Assembly: GCA_963756685.1 (NCBI GenBank)
Contig: CAVWON010000007.1
Location: 85,841 to 149,840, forward strand
Source: an uncultured Acidobacteriaceae bacterium
Lineage (GTDB): Bacteria; Acidobacteriota; Terriglobia; Terriglobales; Acidobacteriaceae
Reading direction: 5' to 3'
Length of the DNA: 64,000 nt
Under the pieces are notes generated by a model, which was not told where the DNA came from, made no database searches, and was given only the letters and a program-made list of their open reading frames with translations. Numbering within the stretch: the first letter of the stretch is position 1; every line of letters starts with the position of its first letter. Shown here in pieces: positions 46,905 to 58,082 of the stretch. A program made the translations under genes and the position numbers.

Positions 46905-46941
46905 GTACTACGTCTTGCGTACTACGCATAACGTAGGTTAT
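46905..46941. promoter_or_regulatory. Tandem palindromic operator candidates TACG-N5-CGTA upstream of padR
   Basis: TACGTCTTGCGTA (46909-46921) and TACGCATAACGTA (46923-46935) at a 14-bp period, next to minus-strand TATAAC. Confidence 0.55.
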
Positions 46942-46962
46942 AGCACAAGTGCAGGGAGTAAC

Positions 46963-47001
46963 AAAAGCGGGCGGCCCGTTTGGTTGGGCGACCCGCTTTT
47001 T
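46963..47001. terminator. glgC terminator
   Basis: AAAAGCGGGCGGCCC...GGGCGACCCGCTTTT. Confidence 0.7.
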
Positions 47002-47056
47002 ACATCATGTATGTCGTGGCTTTCTATTCCCTACTCCCTATTCCCTACACCCTGCT

Positions 47057-48325
47057 TCACCAGGAGTTGCCCTGCATGAACTCGGGGGAGACGGGGTTCT
47101 CGTAGACGGAGTAGTCGCGGGTGACTACGGTGAGGCCGTTGGAGGAGACGAAGTAGTTCTTCTTGTCTTCGTTGGGGTCGTAGCCGATGACGGTGCCGTC
47201 GGGGATGTGGACGTCGCGGTCGATGATGGCGTGGCGGATGCGGCAGTGGCGGCCGATGTTGACGTGGGAGAAGATGATGCTGGAGTCGACGTCGGCGTAG
47301 GAGTTGACGCGGACGTCCTGGGAGACGACGGAGTTGCGCACGACGGCGCCGGAGACGATGGAGCCGGCGCAGACGATGGAGTTGATGGCCATGCCGGTGC
47401 GGCCGGGCTCGCCGAAGACGAACTTGGCGGGCGGGTACTGGTAGGGGCGGGTGCGCATGGGCCAGGACTTGTCGTAGAGGTTGAAGGTGGGGGTGACGCC
47501 GGCGACGTCCATGTTGGCCTCGTAGTAGGCCTCGAGGGTGCCGACGTCGCGCCAGTAGAGGGCCTTCTGCTTGTTCTCGTCGACGAAGTTGTAGGCGTGC
47601 ATCTTGAAGCGGCCGAGGATGTTGGGCAGGATGTCGTGGCCGAAGTCATGCTTGGAGTTGGGGTCTTCGGCGTCCTTGATGAGTTCGGGCAGGAGGACGT
47701 CGGTGTTGAAGAGGTAGATGCCCATGGAGACGTCGACCATCTCGGGGTTGAAGGGCGAGCGGATTTTGGTCTCTTTGGGCTTTTCTTCGAAGCCGGTGAC
47801 CTCGCCGTTGCGGGCGACCTCGACGACACCGAAGGCGGGAGACCTCGGCGGGGGAGATGGGGAGGGTGGCGAGGGTGACGTCGGCGCCGGAGTCGCGGTG
47901 CTGCTGCCAGCATGCAGGGCGTAGTTCATCTTGTAGATGTGGTCGCCGGAGAGGATGAGGACGTGCTTGGGCTCCTCGGAGCCGATGGAGTAGATGTTCT
48001 GGTAGACGGCGTCGGCGGTGCCCTGGTACCAGGACTTGGAGACGCGCTGCATGGGCGGCAGGATCTCGATGAACTCGCCGAGCTCGTTGGCGACGACCGG
48101 GCCCCAGCCCTCGCGGATGTGGCGGTTGAGCGAGAGCGCCTTGTACTGGGTGAGGATGTAGACGTGGCGGAGGTCGGAGTTGATGCAGTTGGAGAGGGTG
48201 ATGTCGATGATGCGGTACTGGCCGGCAAAGGGCACGGCCGGCTTGGCGCGATCGCGGGTGAGGGGGAAGAGCCGTTCGCCGGCACCACCGGCAAGCAAAA
48301 CGCCTAGCGTATCTCTCATATCCAT
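47057..48325 (-). CDS. glgC: Glucose-1-phosphate adenylyltransferase; frameshifted near 47830-47915
   Basis: LAGGAGERL.PLT..RAKPAVPF, WYQGTADAVYQN, SGDHIYKM, SMGIY, DFG and YWRDVGT motifs. Confidence 0.97.
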   Translation of the reverse strand: MDMRDTLGVLLAGGAGERLFPLTRDRAKPAVPFAGQYRIIDITLSNCINSDLRHVYILTQYKALSLNRHIREGWGPVVANELGEFIEILPPMQRVSKSWYQGTADAVYQNIYSIGSEEPKHVLILSGDHIYKMNYALHAGSSTATPAPTSPSPPSPSPPPRSPAFGVVEVARNGEVTGFEEKPKETKIRSPFNPEMVDVSMGIYLFNTDVLLPELIKDAEDPNSKHDFGHDILPNILGRFKMHAYNFVDENKQKALYWRDVGTLEAYYEANMDVAGVTPTFNLYDKSWPMRTRPYQYPPAKFVFGEPGRTGMAINSIVCAGSIVSGAVVRNSVVSQDVRVNSYADVDSSIIFSHVNIGRHCRIRHAIIDRDVHIPDGTVIGYDPNEDKKNYFVSSNGLTVVTRDYSVYENPVSPEFMQGNSW

Positions 48326-48513
48326 AAGACTCCGGCACTGCGTTAGGCAGACTAGAACAAGCCACGTGAGTCAGATGCACGAAGCGACCCGCGCGTAATA
48401 GAGAAACGCGAGTCTACCATGCGAGATGGAGTTTAGTAATCCTCGAAGGAAGGACACAAAGAAATGAGGCCCAGCAGAGTGCTGCATGGGCCTCATAGGA
48501 AACTTCGGCTTGC

Positions 48514-48862
48514 CTAGGCATCCGGGCTGTCTGTGGCGCCAGGCGACAACCGCCGCCAGGGTGGTACGGGAGGCTGCACCTCTGTCGTGGCGTCTTCGGT
48601 GAGGCTGATGCGCAAGGACTTCAGGAAGGTCAGGTCGTGCCGGGTGAACGGCCCGTCTGCGTCTTCGGCAGTGGGTTCGCTGGACTCTTCGGCTTCTGTC
48701 TCGACCTCGTTGAGGCCGATGGTGGCCTCAAGCATGAGGAGGACATCAAAGCCCTGTTCGCGGATGTTTTTGACGACGCCTGCGATGTCCTCCGACTCCG
48801 AGACGGACTCGTGGATCGCTTCGCCAAGTTTCTTGGATAAGGTTCTTGACCTTCTGATTCAA
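48514..48862 (-). CDS. Hypothetical acidic protein; one indel
   Basis: TTG start after GGAGG; reconstructs as MNQKVKNLIQELGEAIHESVSESEDIA..LMLEATIG..DLTFLKSLRI. Confidence 0.65.
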
Positions 48863-49052
48863 TGCCACCTCCGGGCTGCCCTATGGTTCGCAATCCTCAC
48901 CACGCATCGGGTATTCCCGGCGAAGGTGACCGGCGGGAACGGCATTGCGGGTACTGCTGTCGTACCTGGTTACTGTTAAAACAATACGCTCAAGGCCGTG
49001 GCGGCTGCAATGACATTTATGTTGCAGATGAAACTATATAAAACGATGGGAC

Positions 49053-49208
49053 TTAAGTGATTTCGACGACGGTGTGGTGGTCGGCCCAAGCCTGCTTCGA
49101 GACGATGCGCCAGCAGTTCTGACACGGCTGGGTGCGCTTGGGGCTCCAGACCAGAAAACCAGCGGCAGCTGCGCAGAATCCACCCACCATCCAAAGAAAA
49201 TTTTTCAT
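49053..49208 (-). CDS. Small membrane protein (about 50 aa)
   Basis: MKNFLWMVGGFCAAAAGFLVW..AWADHHTVV with GAGG RBS. Confidence 0.55.
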   Translation of the reverse strand: MKNFLWMVGGFCAAAAGFLVWSPKRTQPCQNCWRIVSKQAWADHHTVVEIT

Positions 49209-49336
49209 AGAGTTACCTCGTCTCTCTTTGTTCTGGCTCGCTGATGGGTATAGATGCGGCAAAGTTGTGCTCCGTTGCTGGATTGAGAGCGGGGAAGCTT
49301 TTGCGAGTGCGGCGGGAGACGGCTACACTTTGAGGT

Positions 49337-49860
49337 ATGGATTCGGTTCGATTTGGTCGTGCGCTTGGTGTCGGGGCCCGTGCGGCGGCCAAGACGCTGG
49401 TGACGGCGGTGGATGCGGCGACGTCTCCGAACCCTTCTGCGGAGGTAAAGGCGAAACAGGCTGCGGGCCGGTCCGAGTGCCGAAGTGGATCCGACTGCGA
49501 CTTCTGGTAAAGCAATCGCGGCTGCACGGCTGGGGGAGAAGGCCGCTCGGACGACGTCGCAGGTGCGACAGACGGGGCAGGGACTGAAGGAGGGCGGCAA
49601 GCGTTTTGGCGAGGCGGTGTGGGGGCCGTTGGTGAAGGCTGTCGGGCGTGCTTTGGCTGGAGTTGACCGGGGTGTTCTTCGGGATTTTTGCTGTGTTCGC
49701 TGCCACGGGGGCGTGGAAGATGCAGGCGGCGTTGCATGAGACGGCTGCGAACCATGACGCGCATGGTCGCCTTCTGATTGCGGTGGCGATGGCGGCGCTG
49801 TTTGGGTACTTCTGCGTCAGCAGCTTTGTGAAGGCGAGCCGCAGGAGCCGGGGACGCTAG
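49337..49860 (+). CDS. Hypothetical membrane protein; frameshifted
   Basis: [45 protein letters not shown] reconstructed across three frames. Confidence 0.6.
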
Positions 49861-49892
49861 TCGACGGAGACGAGCGGGTACACTTGAGCGGC

Positions 49893-51516
49893 ATGTCAGA
49901 GTCGACAAAGACCATTCGGAGTCAACAAAAACCAGTTCCGGGATTCCGGTCGAGGTCGTTTACCGGAGCGGAAGATCTTGACGGCTTCGATGCGGCGGCG
50001 ATGGTGGGCGAGCCGGGGGAGTATCCGTTTACGCGCGGGATCCAGCCGACGATGTACCGCGGGCGGCTGTGGACGATGCGGCAGTATGCGGGGATGGGGG
50101 ACGCGGAGGAGTCGAACAAGCGCTACAAGTTTCTGCTGGCCCATGGGACGAAGGGGCTGAGCGTGGCGTTCGATCTGCCGACGCAGATTGGGTATGACTC
50201 GGATTCACCGCTGGCGCTGGGTGAGGTGGGGAAGGTTGGGGTGGCGATCGACTCGATTGAGGACATGCAGCGGCTGTTCGATGGGATCGCGCTGGATACG
50301 ATTTCGACCTCGATGACGATCAATGCGACGGCTTCGATTCTGCTGGCGCTGTATGTTGCGGTGGCAAAGCGGACGGGCGCGAACGTCACGAAGCTGAGTG
50401 GGACGATTCAGAACGATATTTTGAAGGAGTACATTGCGCGGGGGACGTATATCTATCCGGTGGCGCACGCGATGCGGCTGGTGACGGATGTCTTTGCGTG
50501 GGCGGCCGATGAGGTGCCGGAGTGGAATACGATTTCGATCTCGGGCTACCACATGCGCGAGGCGGGATGCACGGCGGTGCAGGAGGTCGCGTTTACGCTG
50601 GCGGATGGCATGACGTATGTGCAGGCCGCGATTGACGCGGGGTTGGATGTGGATGCGTTTGCGCCGCGGCTGAGCTTTTTCTTCAACTGCGCATAACAAT
50701 CTGCTGGAGGAGGTGGCGAAGTTTCGCGCGGCGCGGAGGATGTGGGCGCGAATTATGCGCGAGCACTTTGGCGCGAAGAAGGAACGGAGCTGGATGCTGC
50801 GGTTTCATACGCAGACGGCGGGGTCGACGCTGACGGCGCAGCAGCCGGAGAACAATATTGTGAGGACTACGCTGCAGGGGCTGGCCGCGGTGCTGGGGGG
50901 GACGCAGAGTCTGCATACGAATGGGTTTGATGAGGCGCTGTCGCTGCCTACAGAGAATGCCGCGAGGATTGCGTTGCGGACGCAGCAGATTCTGGCGCAT
51001 GAGAGTGGTGTGGCGCAGACGGTCGATCCGCTGGCTGGTTCGTTTTATGTGGAGTCGCTGACGAATGAGATTGAGCGGCGGGCGGACGAGTATATGGCGA
51101 CGATTGCTGCGTTTGATAAGGGCGGGAAGTACGGCATGCTGCGGGCCATCGAGCAGGGGTATGTGCAGCGGGAGATTCAGAACGCTGCTTATGGCTATCA
51201 GCGGGCGGTGGATGCGAAGGAGGCGATCGTCGTTGGGGTGAATGAGTTTGCCAGCGAGCAGGAGGTGGCTGTGCCGATTCAGCGGATCGATGAGGCGCTG
51301 GAGGGGCGGCAGGTGGAGCGGGTGCGGGCGTTGAGGGAGCGGCGGGATGCGGGGGTTCATGGTGCGGCACTGCGGAGGGTGGAGGACGCGGCGCGGAGTG
51401 GGGGAAATCTGATGCCGCGGATACTGCATGCGGTGGAGAGCTATGCGACGGTGGGCGAGATCGCGGATGTGTTGCGGACGGTATTTGGGGAGTATCGGGA
51501 GACGGTGACGGTTTAA
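49893..51516 (+). CDS. Methylmalonyl-CoA mutase, catalytic (alpha) subunit without B12-binding domain; frameshifted near 50690
   Basis: [51 protein letters not shown] and TVGEI motifs. Confidence 0.93.
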
Positions 51517-51618
51517 GTTATCGCGCGCCATTGCGCGAAACATTTATCCGGGATGCTACGTCTGCAACTGCGTAAGGAACAAGGGGTGGTTCACCCCTCC
51601 GTCCTGATAGGAGATGAC

Positions 51619-52156
51619 ATGAAAGTTGTCCGGTTTGGGTTGATTGCTTGCCTGGGTGTTGTCGCTCTACGGGCAGAGATTGCGGTGGTTGCTCAGGAAC
51701 CGACGGCTGTCGCAATAGCCCCGGTTCCGTCGTTGCTGCTGAGCGCCAAAAAGGTCTTTATTTCGAACGCTGGGGCGGACAGCGGGCTGTTTCCTCATCC
51801 ATTTAGCGGTGATCCGGACCGGCGCTTATAACGAGTTTTATGCAAATGTTGAGAGCTGGGGCCGGTATCAGTTGGTTGCAACCCCTGCGGAGGCTGATCT
51901 CGTGTTCGAGTTGCAGTTAACGGCCCCGAACGGGCCGGCCAACGCAGACAAACAGAAGGGCGCATCCGACCCGTTGCCTATGGTTCGGCTGGTGATCTAC
52001 GACCGGCCGACGCACTACGTTCTCTGGGCGCTGACAGAGTCAATTGCGGCAGCGGCGCTGCAAAAGACGCACGACCACAACTTCGATGAGGCGGTGGCAA
52101 ACCTTGTGCTCGACGCGGGAAGGCTTACAAAATCTCTCCCGAACGGGATGCATTGA
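51619..52156 (+). CDS. Hypothetical exported protein; frameshifted
   Basis: Signal-like N-terminus; AKKVFISNAG and WGRYQLV..PAEADLVFE motifs. Confidence 0.65.
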
Positions 52157-52257
52157 TTCTGTGAAAGCGCGAATTTGCCTGGGTGGTTGGATGCGGCGTC
52201 CGGGTGCTATCGTTTTAGAGGCCGGCATTTACGAAGCCGATAGAAGGAAGCACCGCT

Positions 52258-53397
52258 ATGACAGAGACAATGACACCACTTCGCAAGACGGCGTTGAACG
52301 CAGTACACCGGGCGGCCAAGTCCAAGATGGTCGATTTCGGCGGGTGGGATATGCCGGTCGACTGCTGCGGGTTGATCGCCGAGCACATGGCGGTGCGGAC
52401 TGGGGTCGGGGTCTTCGATGTGTCGCATATGGGCGATATTCAACTGCGCGGGCCGGGGTCTCTGGCTGCGGTGCAGCGGCTTTGCATGAACGATGCTTCG
52501 AAGCTGGCGGTGGGGCAGGCGCATTATTCAGCGATGCTGTATCCGAATGGGACTTTCGTTGATGACGTGGTCGTGCATAAGCTTTCGGACAACGATTATC
52601 TGATTGTGATCAATGCAGGCACTCGCGAAAAGGATGTTCAGTGGGTGCGGAAGCACGATCGGCCACATGCCGGGCGTGCATGTGAACGACTTCAGCGACT
52701 ATTACACGCAGCTGGCGATCCAGGGGCCGCGAGCGGCGGAGACTTTGCAGAAGCTGACCTCGACCGACCTCAGCACGATCAAGAACTACTGGTTTACGTG
52801 GGGGCAGGTATGCGGTTTGCACAACGTGATGATCGCGCGCACGGGTTATACCGGCGAGGACGGGTTTGAGATTTATATCCCTTCGGACGAGCCGACCAGT
52901 GCGCGGGTATGGGGTCGAGGTGCTGGCGGCGGGGCGGAGTTCGGCATTCTGCCGTGCGGGCTGGGCGCGCGAAATACGCTGCGGCTGGAGGCGGCGATGG
53001 CGCTGTATGGGCATGAGATTTCGGACACGATCAATGTGTTTGAGGCTGGGCTGGGGCGGTATGCGAAGCTCGACAAGGGCGATTTTGTGGGGCGCGATGC
53101 GCTGGTGGAGATCCAGGCCGAGGGTGGGCCAAAGCGCAAGCTGGTTGGGCTGGAGATGATTGAGCGCGGGATTGGGCGGGATGGGTATCCGGTGTTCGCA
53201 CTTGATGGGAAGCGCATTGGCGAGATTACCAGCGGGTCGCCGTCGCCTTTTTTGAAGAAGAACATTGCGCTGGCTTATGTTCCGGTGCGAGTATGCGGGC
53301 GCTGGATACAGAGGTTGCGGTGGAGATTCGCGGGCAGATGGTGAAGGCCAGGGTCGTGGCGCTTCCGTTTTATAAAAGGGCGAAGAAATCCGCTTAG
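52258..53397 (+). CDS. gcvT: Glycine cleavage system T protein; frameshifted
   Basis: [41 protein letters not shown] and ITSG..SP motifs. Confidence 0.96.
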
Positions 53398-53466
53398 ACA
53401 CGGCCCTTAAGCGGCGGCGGCAACATCTACAATAGAAGTTCTGGACTTTTACACGGAGACGAACGA

Positions 53467-53856
53467 ATGGCTTACCCTGCGAACTATCGGTATACCAAGG
53501 AACATGAGTGGATTCAGGTCGACGGCAAGATCGGCACCGTCGGGATTACGGATTACGCGCAGAACTCGCTGGGCGACATTGTGTTTGTCGACCTGCCGAA
53601 GGTGGGCGATGCGATTGAGGCGGGCAAGAGCTTCGGTTCGGTGGAGTCGGTGAAGGCGGTGTCGGATTTGTTTTCGCCGGTGTCGGGCACGGTGACTGCG
53701 GTGAACGATGAGTTGAAGGACGCGCCGGAGAAGATCAACTCGGACGCGAACACGACCTGGATGCTGAAGGTTGAACTGTCGGACGCGAAGCAGGTGGATG
53801 GGCTGTTGACCGCGGCTGATTACGAGAAATTTACCAGCGAAGAGACCGGACACTAA
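53467..53856 (+). CDS. gcvH: Glycine cleavage system H protein
   Basis: YTKEHEW, GITDYAQ..LGD and lipoyl VESVKAVSD motifs. Confidence 0.98.
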   Translation: MAYPANYRYTKEHEWIQVDGKIGTVGITDYAQNSLGDIVFVDLPKVGDAIEAGKSFGSVESVKAVSDLFSPVSGTVTAVNDELKDAPEKINSDANTTWMLKVELSDAKQVDGLLTAADYEKFTSEETGH

Positions 53857-53860
53857 ACAG

Positions 53861-55211
53861 ATGCGCTATTTGCCGAAGTCCCCTGCGGACCGCAAGGAGA
53901 TGCTTGCCGAGATTGGCGTGGCGTCGATTGATGATTTGTTTTCCACGATTCCTGCTGAGTATCAACTGAAGCGTGATCTTGCAGGTCCCGCGGCAACATG
54001 GTGAGTCGGAGATCCTCGACCGCTTCCGTGCATTTGCGGAGAACAATGCTGTCGGTTATTCGAGTTTTCTTGGCGCGGGCGTGTATCGGCACTATCGGCC
54101 CGTGATCATCGACTCGCTGGTGCAGCGCGGTGAGTTTCTGACAAGTTATACGCCGTATCAGCCGGAGATCTCGCAGGGAACGCTGCAGGCGATGTTCGAG
54201 TTTCAGACGATGATCTGCGAACTGACGGGCATGGAGATCGCGAACGCGTCGATGTATGACGGGTCGACTGGCGCGGCCGAGGCAATCATGATGGCGGTAC
54301 GGGTGACAGGGCGCGATAGTGCCGTGATTGCGCGGACGGTGCATCCGGAGTATCGCGAGGTGATTGCGACGTATGCGCAGCACCAGGAGATTCCGACGGT
54401 CGAAGTGGGGTATGCGGCGAATGGGCGCGTGGATATGGCCGCTCTCGATGCTGTGATCACGGAGGACACGGCTTGCGTGCTGATCCAGTCGCCGAATTTC
54501 TTTGGGACGATCGAGGACGTTACGGCGATTGCGGAGTTGGCCCATGCGAAGGGTGCTTTGCTGATCGTTTCGATTGCGGAGGCGGTGTCGCTGGGGATTG
54601 TGAAGCCGCCGGCAGAGGCGGACATTGTTTCGCTGGAGGCGCAGTCGTATGGCGTGGCGGTGGGTTACGGTGGGCCTTATTGCGGCGTGATTGCGTGCAA
54701 GGAGAAGTTTTTGCGGCAGATGCCCGGGCGGCTGATCGGTGAAACGAAGGACAAGGACGGCAAGCGCGGGTTTGTGCTGACGCTGTCGACCCGCGAGCAG
54801 CATATTCGGCGAGAGAAGGCGACGTCAAATATTTGTACGAACCAAGCGCTGGTCGCGATGATGACTACGATCTTTCTGACGGTATATGGCAAGCAGGGTA
54901 TGAGGGAGTTGGCGGAGCAAAATCTTTCTAAGGCTGCTTATCTCAACAGCGTCCTTGGCGCTTCTTCTCCTTCAGGTGCGAAGGTTCTGTTTGATGGTGC
55001 GCCGCGGTTTCATGAGTTTGTGTTGGAGTTGCCGAAGAGTGCAGAGGAGACGAATGGGGCTCTGCTTGGCAGCAAGATTATTGGCGGGCTACCGTTGCGG
55101 AAGTGGTATCCGGAGCTTGGGCCTAATGCGAGTCTGTGGTGCGCGACGGAGTTGACGACGCGGAAGCAGATGGATGCTGTCGCGGCGGCGCTGGCGGGTA
55201 AGAAGGCCTAG
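53861..55211 (+). CDS. gcvPA: Glycine dehydrogenase subunit 1; frameshifted near 53975
   Basis: [18 protein letters not shown] and [18 protein letters not shown] motifs. Confidence 0.96.
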
Positions 55212-55213
55212 GG

Positions 55214-55557
55214 ATGGATGTTTCAGCAATAATCGGCGAGGAGTTGAAGGCGGTTGAGTTCGTCGAGGATTTTCTGCAGCTTCGATTTGAGGCCCCTTTG
55301 CTGACCTTCTATGCCTGGCCACATGTTTGTTTCCGGAGTTTTCGGTGGCTTATGGCGAGCCGGAGTATCGGAACGCTTTGTGCGCACAGATTGATGACAA
55401 GGTCGTGCAGGCTTCCCTTGAAGAAGGTGATGCGCTGACGATTGAGTTTGAAAATGGGACCGTGTTTGGGCTTTCGTTGCGAGAAGAAGATGTGGATGGG
55501 CCGGAGTCGGGGAGTTACTCGGAGACGGGAAGCGCAGTGGATGCGCAGGAGTTTTGA
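55214..55557 (+). CDS. Small acidic hypothetical protein between gcvPA and gcvPB; one indel
   Basis: ORFs 55214..55438 and 55327..55557 join into about 114 aa; 2-nt gaps to both neighbours. Confidence 0.65.
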
Positions 55558-55559
55558 AG

Positions 55560-57108
55560 ATGGCTGATGAGAAGTTTGTAGGGACGCCGAAGAAGGCCAC
55601 GACGCACGTCAATCAGAATGAAGACTTGATCTTTGAGAAATCTTCGCCCGGGAAGAAGGCTTATCGGCTGGCGGAGCTGGATGTGCCGGCGGTGGATGCC
55701 GCTTCCCTGCTCGGGGCTTCGGTGCGCAAGGATCTGGGGGTGATGCCGGAGTTGAGTGAGATTGAGATCATTCGACACTTCACGCGGCTTTCGACGTGGA
55801 ACTATGCGATCGACCTGGGCATGTATCCGCTGGGTAGCTGCACGATGAAGTACAACCCAAGGGTGAATGAGGCGGTTGCGCGGTTGGAGGGGATTGCGGA
55901 GGCGCATCCTTATCAGCCGGAGTCGTTGTCGCAGGGCTGCCTTGGGATTATGAAGACGCTGTCTGACGCGCTGATTGAGATTACCGGTATGGATGCGATT
56001 ACTTTGCAGCCGGCGGCTGGCGCGCATGGCGAGTTTACCGGAATACTGCTAGTGCGGGCTTATCACGAGTCAAAGGGGAACCCGCGGAAGAAGATCCTTA
56101 TTCCGGACTCGGCGCATGGGACGAACCCGGCTACCGCTGCGGTTTGCGGGTATGAGGTTGCGAACCTGAAGAGCAATGCTCAGGGCATGGTGGATGTGGC
56201 GGAGTTAGAGCGGATGGTGGACGAGGACACCGCTGCGCTGATGCTGACGAACCCTTCGACGATTGGCGTGTTTGAGAGCGAGATCCATAAGATTGCGGAC
56301 GTGCTGCATGCGAAGGGCGCACTGCTTTATATGGATGGCGCGAACATGAATGCGCTGGTGGGCAAGACGCGGCCGGGTGACTTTGGCGTTGACGTGATGC
56401 ATTTGAATCTGCATAAGACGTTTTCTACGCCGCATGGCGGCGGTGGGCCGGGGTCGGGCCCGGTGGCTTGCAAGAAGATTCTGGAGCCGTTTTTGCCAAC
56501 GCCAGTGCTGGTGACCAAGGCGGACGGGCCGCTTGGCCTTGAGTACAACCGTCCGAAGACCGTTGGGCGGGTGCGGATGTTTTATGGGAACTTCGGGATG
56601 TTTGTGCGAGCGCTGGCTTACATTCTGGCCAACGGGCCGGATGGACTGCGGCAGACGACCGAGGACGCTGTGCTTAATGCGAACTACATCCGGGCGAAGC
56701 TTGAGGGGCACGTTTGAGCTGCCGTATAAGACGCAGTCGCTGCATGAGGTCGTCTTCTCCGACAAGTTGCAGGCGAAGAACGGTGTGAAGACCGGCGATA
56801 TGGGTAAGCGGCTGATTGATTATGGCTTTCATGCTTATACGGTTTCGTTCCCGTTGGTGGTGCAGGGCGCGATGATGATTGAGCCGACAGAGAGCGAGAG
56901 CCGCGAGGAGTTGGACCTGCTGATCGATGCATTGAAGCAGATCGCGCGCGAGGCAGAGGAGAATCCGGAGCTGGTGCAGACGGCGCCGCATACAACTCGA
57001 GTGCAGCGGCTGGATGAGACAACGGCGGCGAGGAAGCCTGTGTTGCGCTGGAAGGCCCCCGCAGCTTCGACTCCGCTGGTGGTGGATTCAGCGGCGAAGG
57101 AGTGGTGA
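55560..57108 (+). CDS. gcvPB: Glycine dehydrogenase subunit 2; frameshifted near 56710
   Basis: YPLGSCTMKYNP, QPAAGAHGE, SAHGTNPA, HLNLHKTFSTPHGGGGPG and MIEPTESES motifs. Confidence 0.96.
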
Positions 57109-57111
57109 GTC

Positions 57112-57384
57112 GTGTCCGTCTTTTACGACCGGCAAGAGGAACTCGAGAAGTATGAGTTCATGATGGGTGAGGCGCGTGGACGGCTGGCGGTGACGCTGGA
57201 TGTTCTGACCGATGCGCTGGTTCTGGTGGGCCAGCATGGCGTGTACTGCACGAGCGCGCGGAACCCTAAGGTCCCGGCGCTCGATTTGCAGGCCGTTCTG
57301 GCGAACATCACTGGAGCTAAAGAGTTGGTGGCTTCGGTGATGGAGAAACTGAGGCTGGAGAGAGAAGCCGCAGAGCAACGCTAG
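57112..57384 (+). CDS. Small helical hypothetical protein
   Basis: 90-aa ORF starting 3 nt after gcvPB, preceded by AAGGAG. Confidence 0.65.
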   Translation: MSVFYDRQEELEKYEFMMGEARGRLAVTLDVLTDALVLVGQHGVYCTSARNPKVPALDLQAVLANITGAKELVASVMEKLRLEREAAEQR

Positions 57385-57935
57385 TCGGCTTTGACGGCTA
57401 CGAATTGGTCCGTTGTGCCCCATTTGACGTGGAGTTCGGTGCTGCCGCTCTTCGTGTTTTCGAAGGAAATGGACATGTTTTCCTGTGAGGCGGGCAGGGT
57501 CTTGCCGGTCATGGGTGTGCGGCCGAGGTCATCGCCCTCAGGGTATGGAATGCCCCACTCGCCGGTCTTCTTGCTGACGATGAAGAGCCACTGCTTGGCG
57601 CTGGGCAGGGTGAAGAGAGTGTAGGTCCCGGCGGGGACTTCGAGGGTGCCGATCCTGAGGTTGGTCGCGGTGATCAGAGTGGTGGCTGGGTTGGCTCCGG
57701 TTCGCCAGACCTCACCGTAGGGGACGATGTCGGAGCCGATCGTCCGACCCTTGAGGCGCGGGGAGCTGTAGTTGATGGTGACGGCTTTGCCGTTGAGAGT
57801 GACGCTGGCTGTGGCCGGGGGGCTGGGCATGGTTTTGCCGGCGGGCTGGTCGATCTTCATGTCGCCCATCTGGGCGAGGCTTGCGGTGGTGAGGAGTGTA
57901 CAACAGGCGGCGGTTGCCAGGGCGCGGAGGAACAT
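57381..57935 (-). CDS. Secreted DUF2911-family protein
   Basis: SPPAT, YSSP..KGR, VPYGEVWRTGAN.AT and AGTYTLFT.P motifs. Confidence 0.85.
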   Translation of the reverse strand: MFLRALATAACCTLLTTASLAQMGDMKIDQPAGKTMPSPPATASVTLNGKAVTINYSSPRLKGRTIGSDIVPYGEVWRTGANPATTLITATNLRIGTLEVPAGTYTLFTLPSAKQWLFIVSKKTGEWGIPYPEGDDLGRTPMTGKTLPASQENMSISFENTKSGSTELHVKWGTTDQFVAVKAD

Positions 57936-58082
57936 GAGCGAGTCTCTCTTTCTGGTTGTGAATTGGGTTGAGCTTTCGGCTTTGATGGAGTGACCGTTAT
58001 TTTCGGGGGACGTCCGTCTTGATGCTGAACTGGAGCGGTGTGGGCTGTCAACCTGGAGCGATCATGCTAGGCTAGAGGGAGC

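Noticed and set aside
52157-52257. Glycine riboswitch upstream of gcvT
   Set aside because: Region is short and lacks the GGAGA/CCGAAG/CTCAGG aptamer motifs
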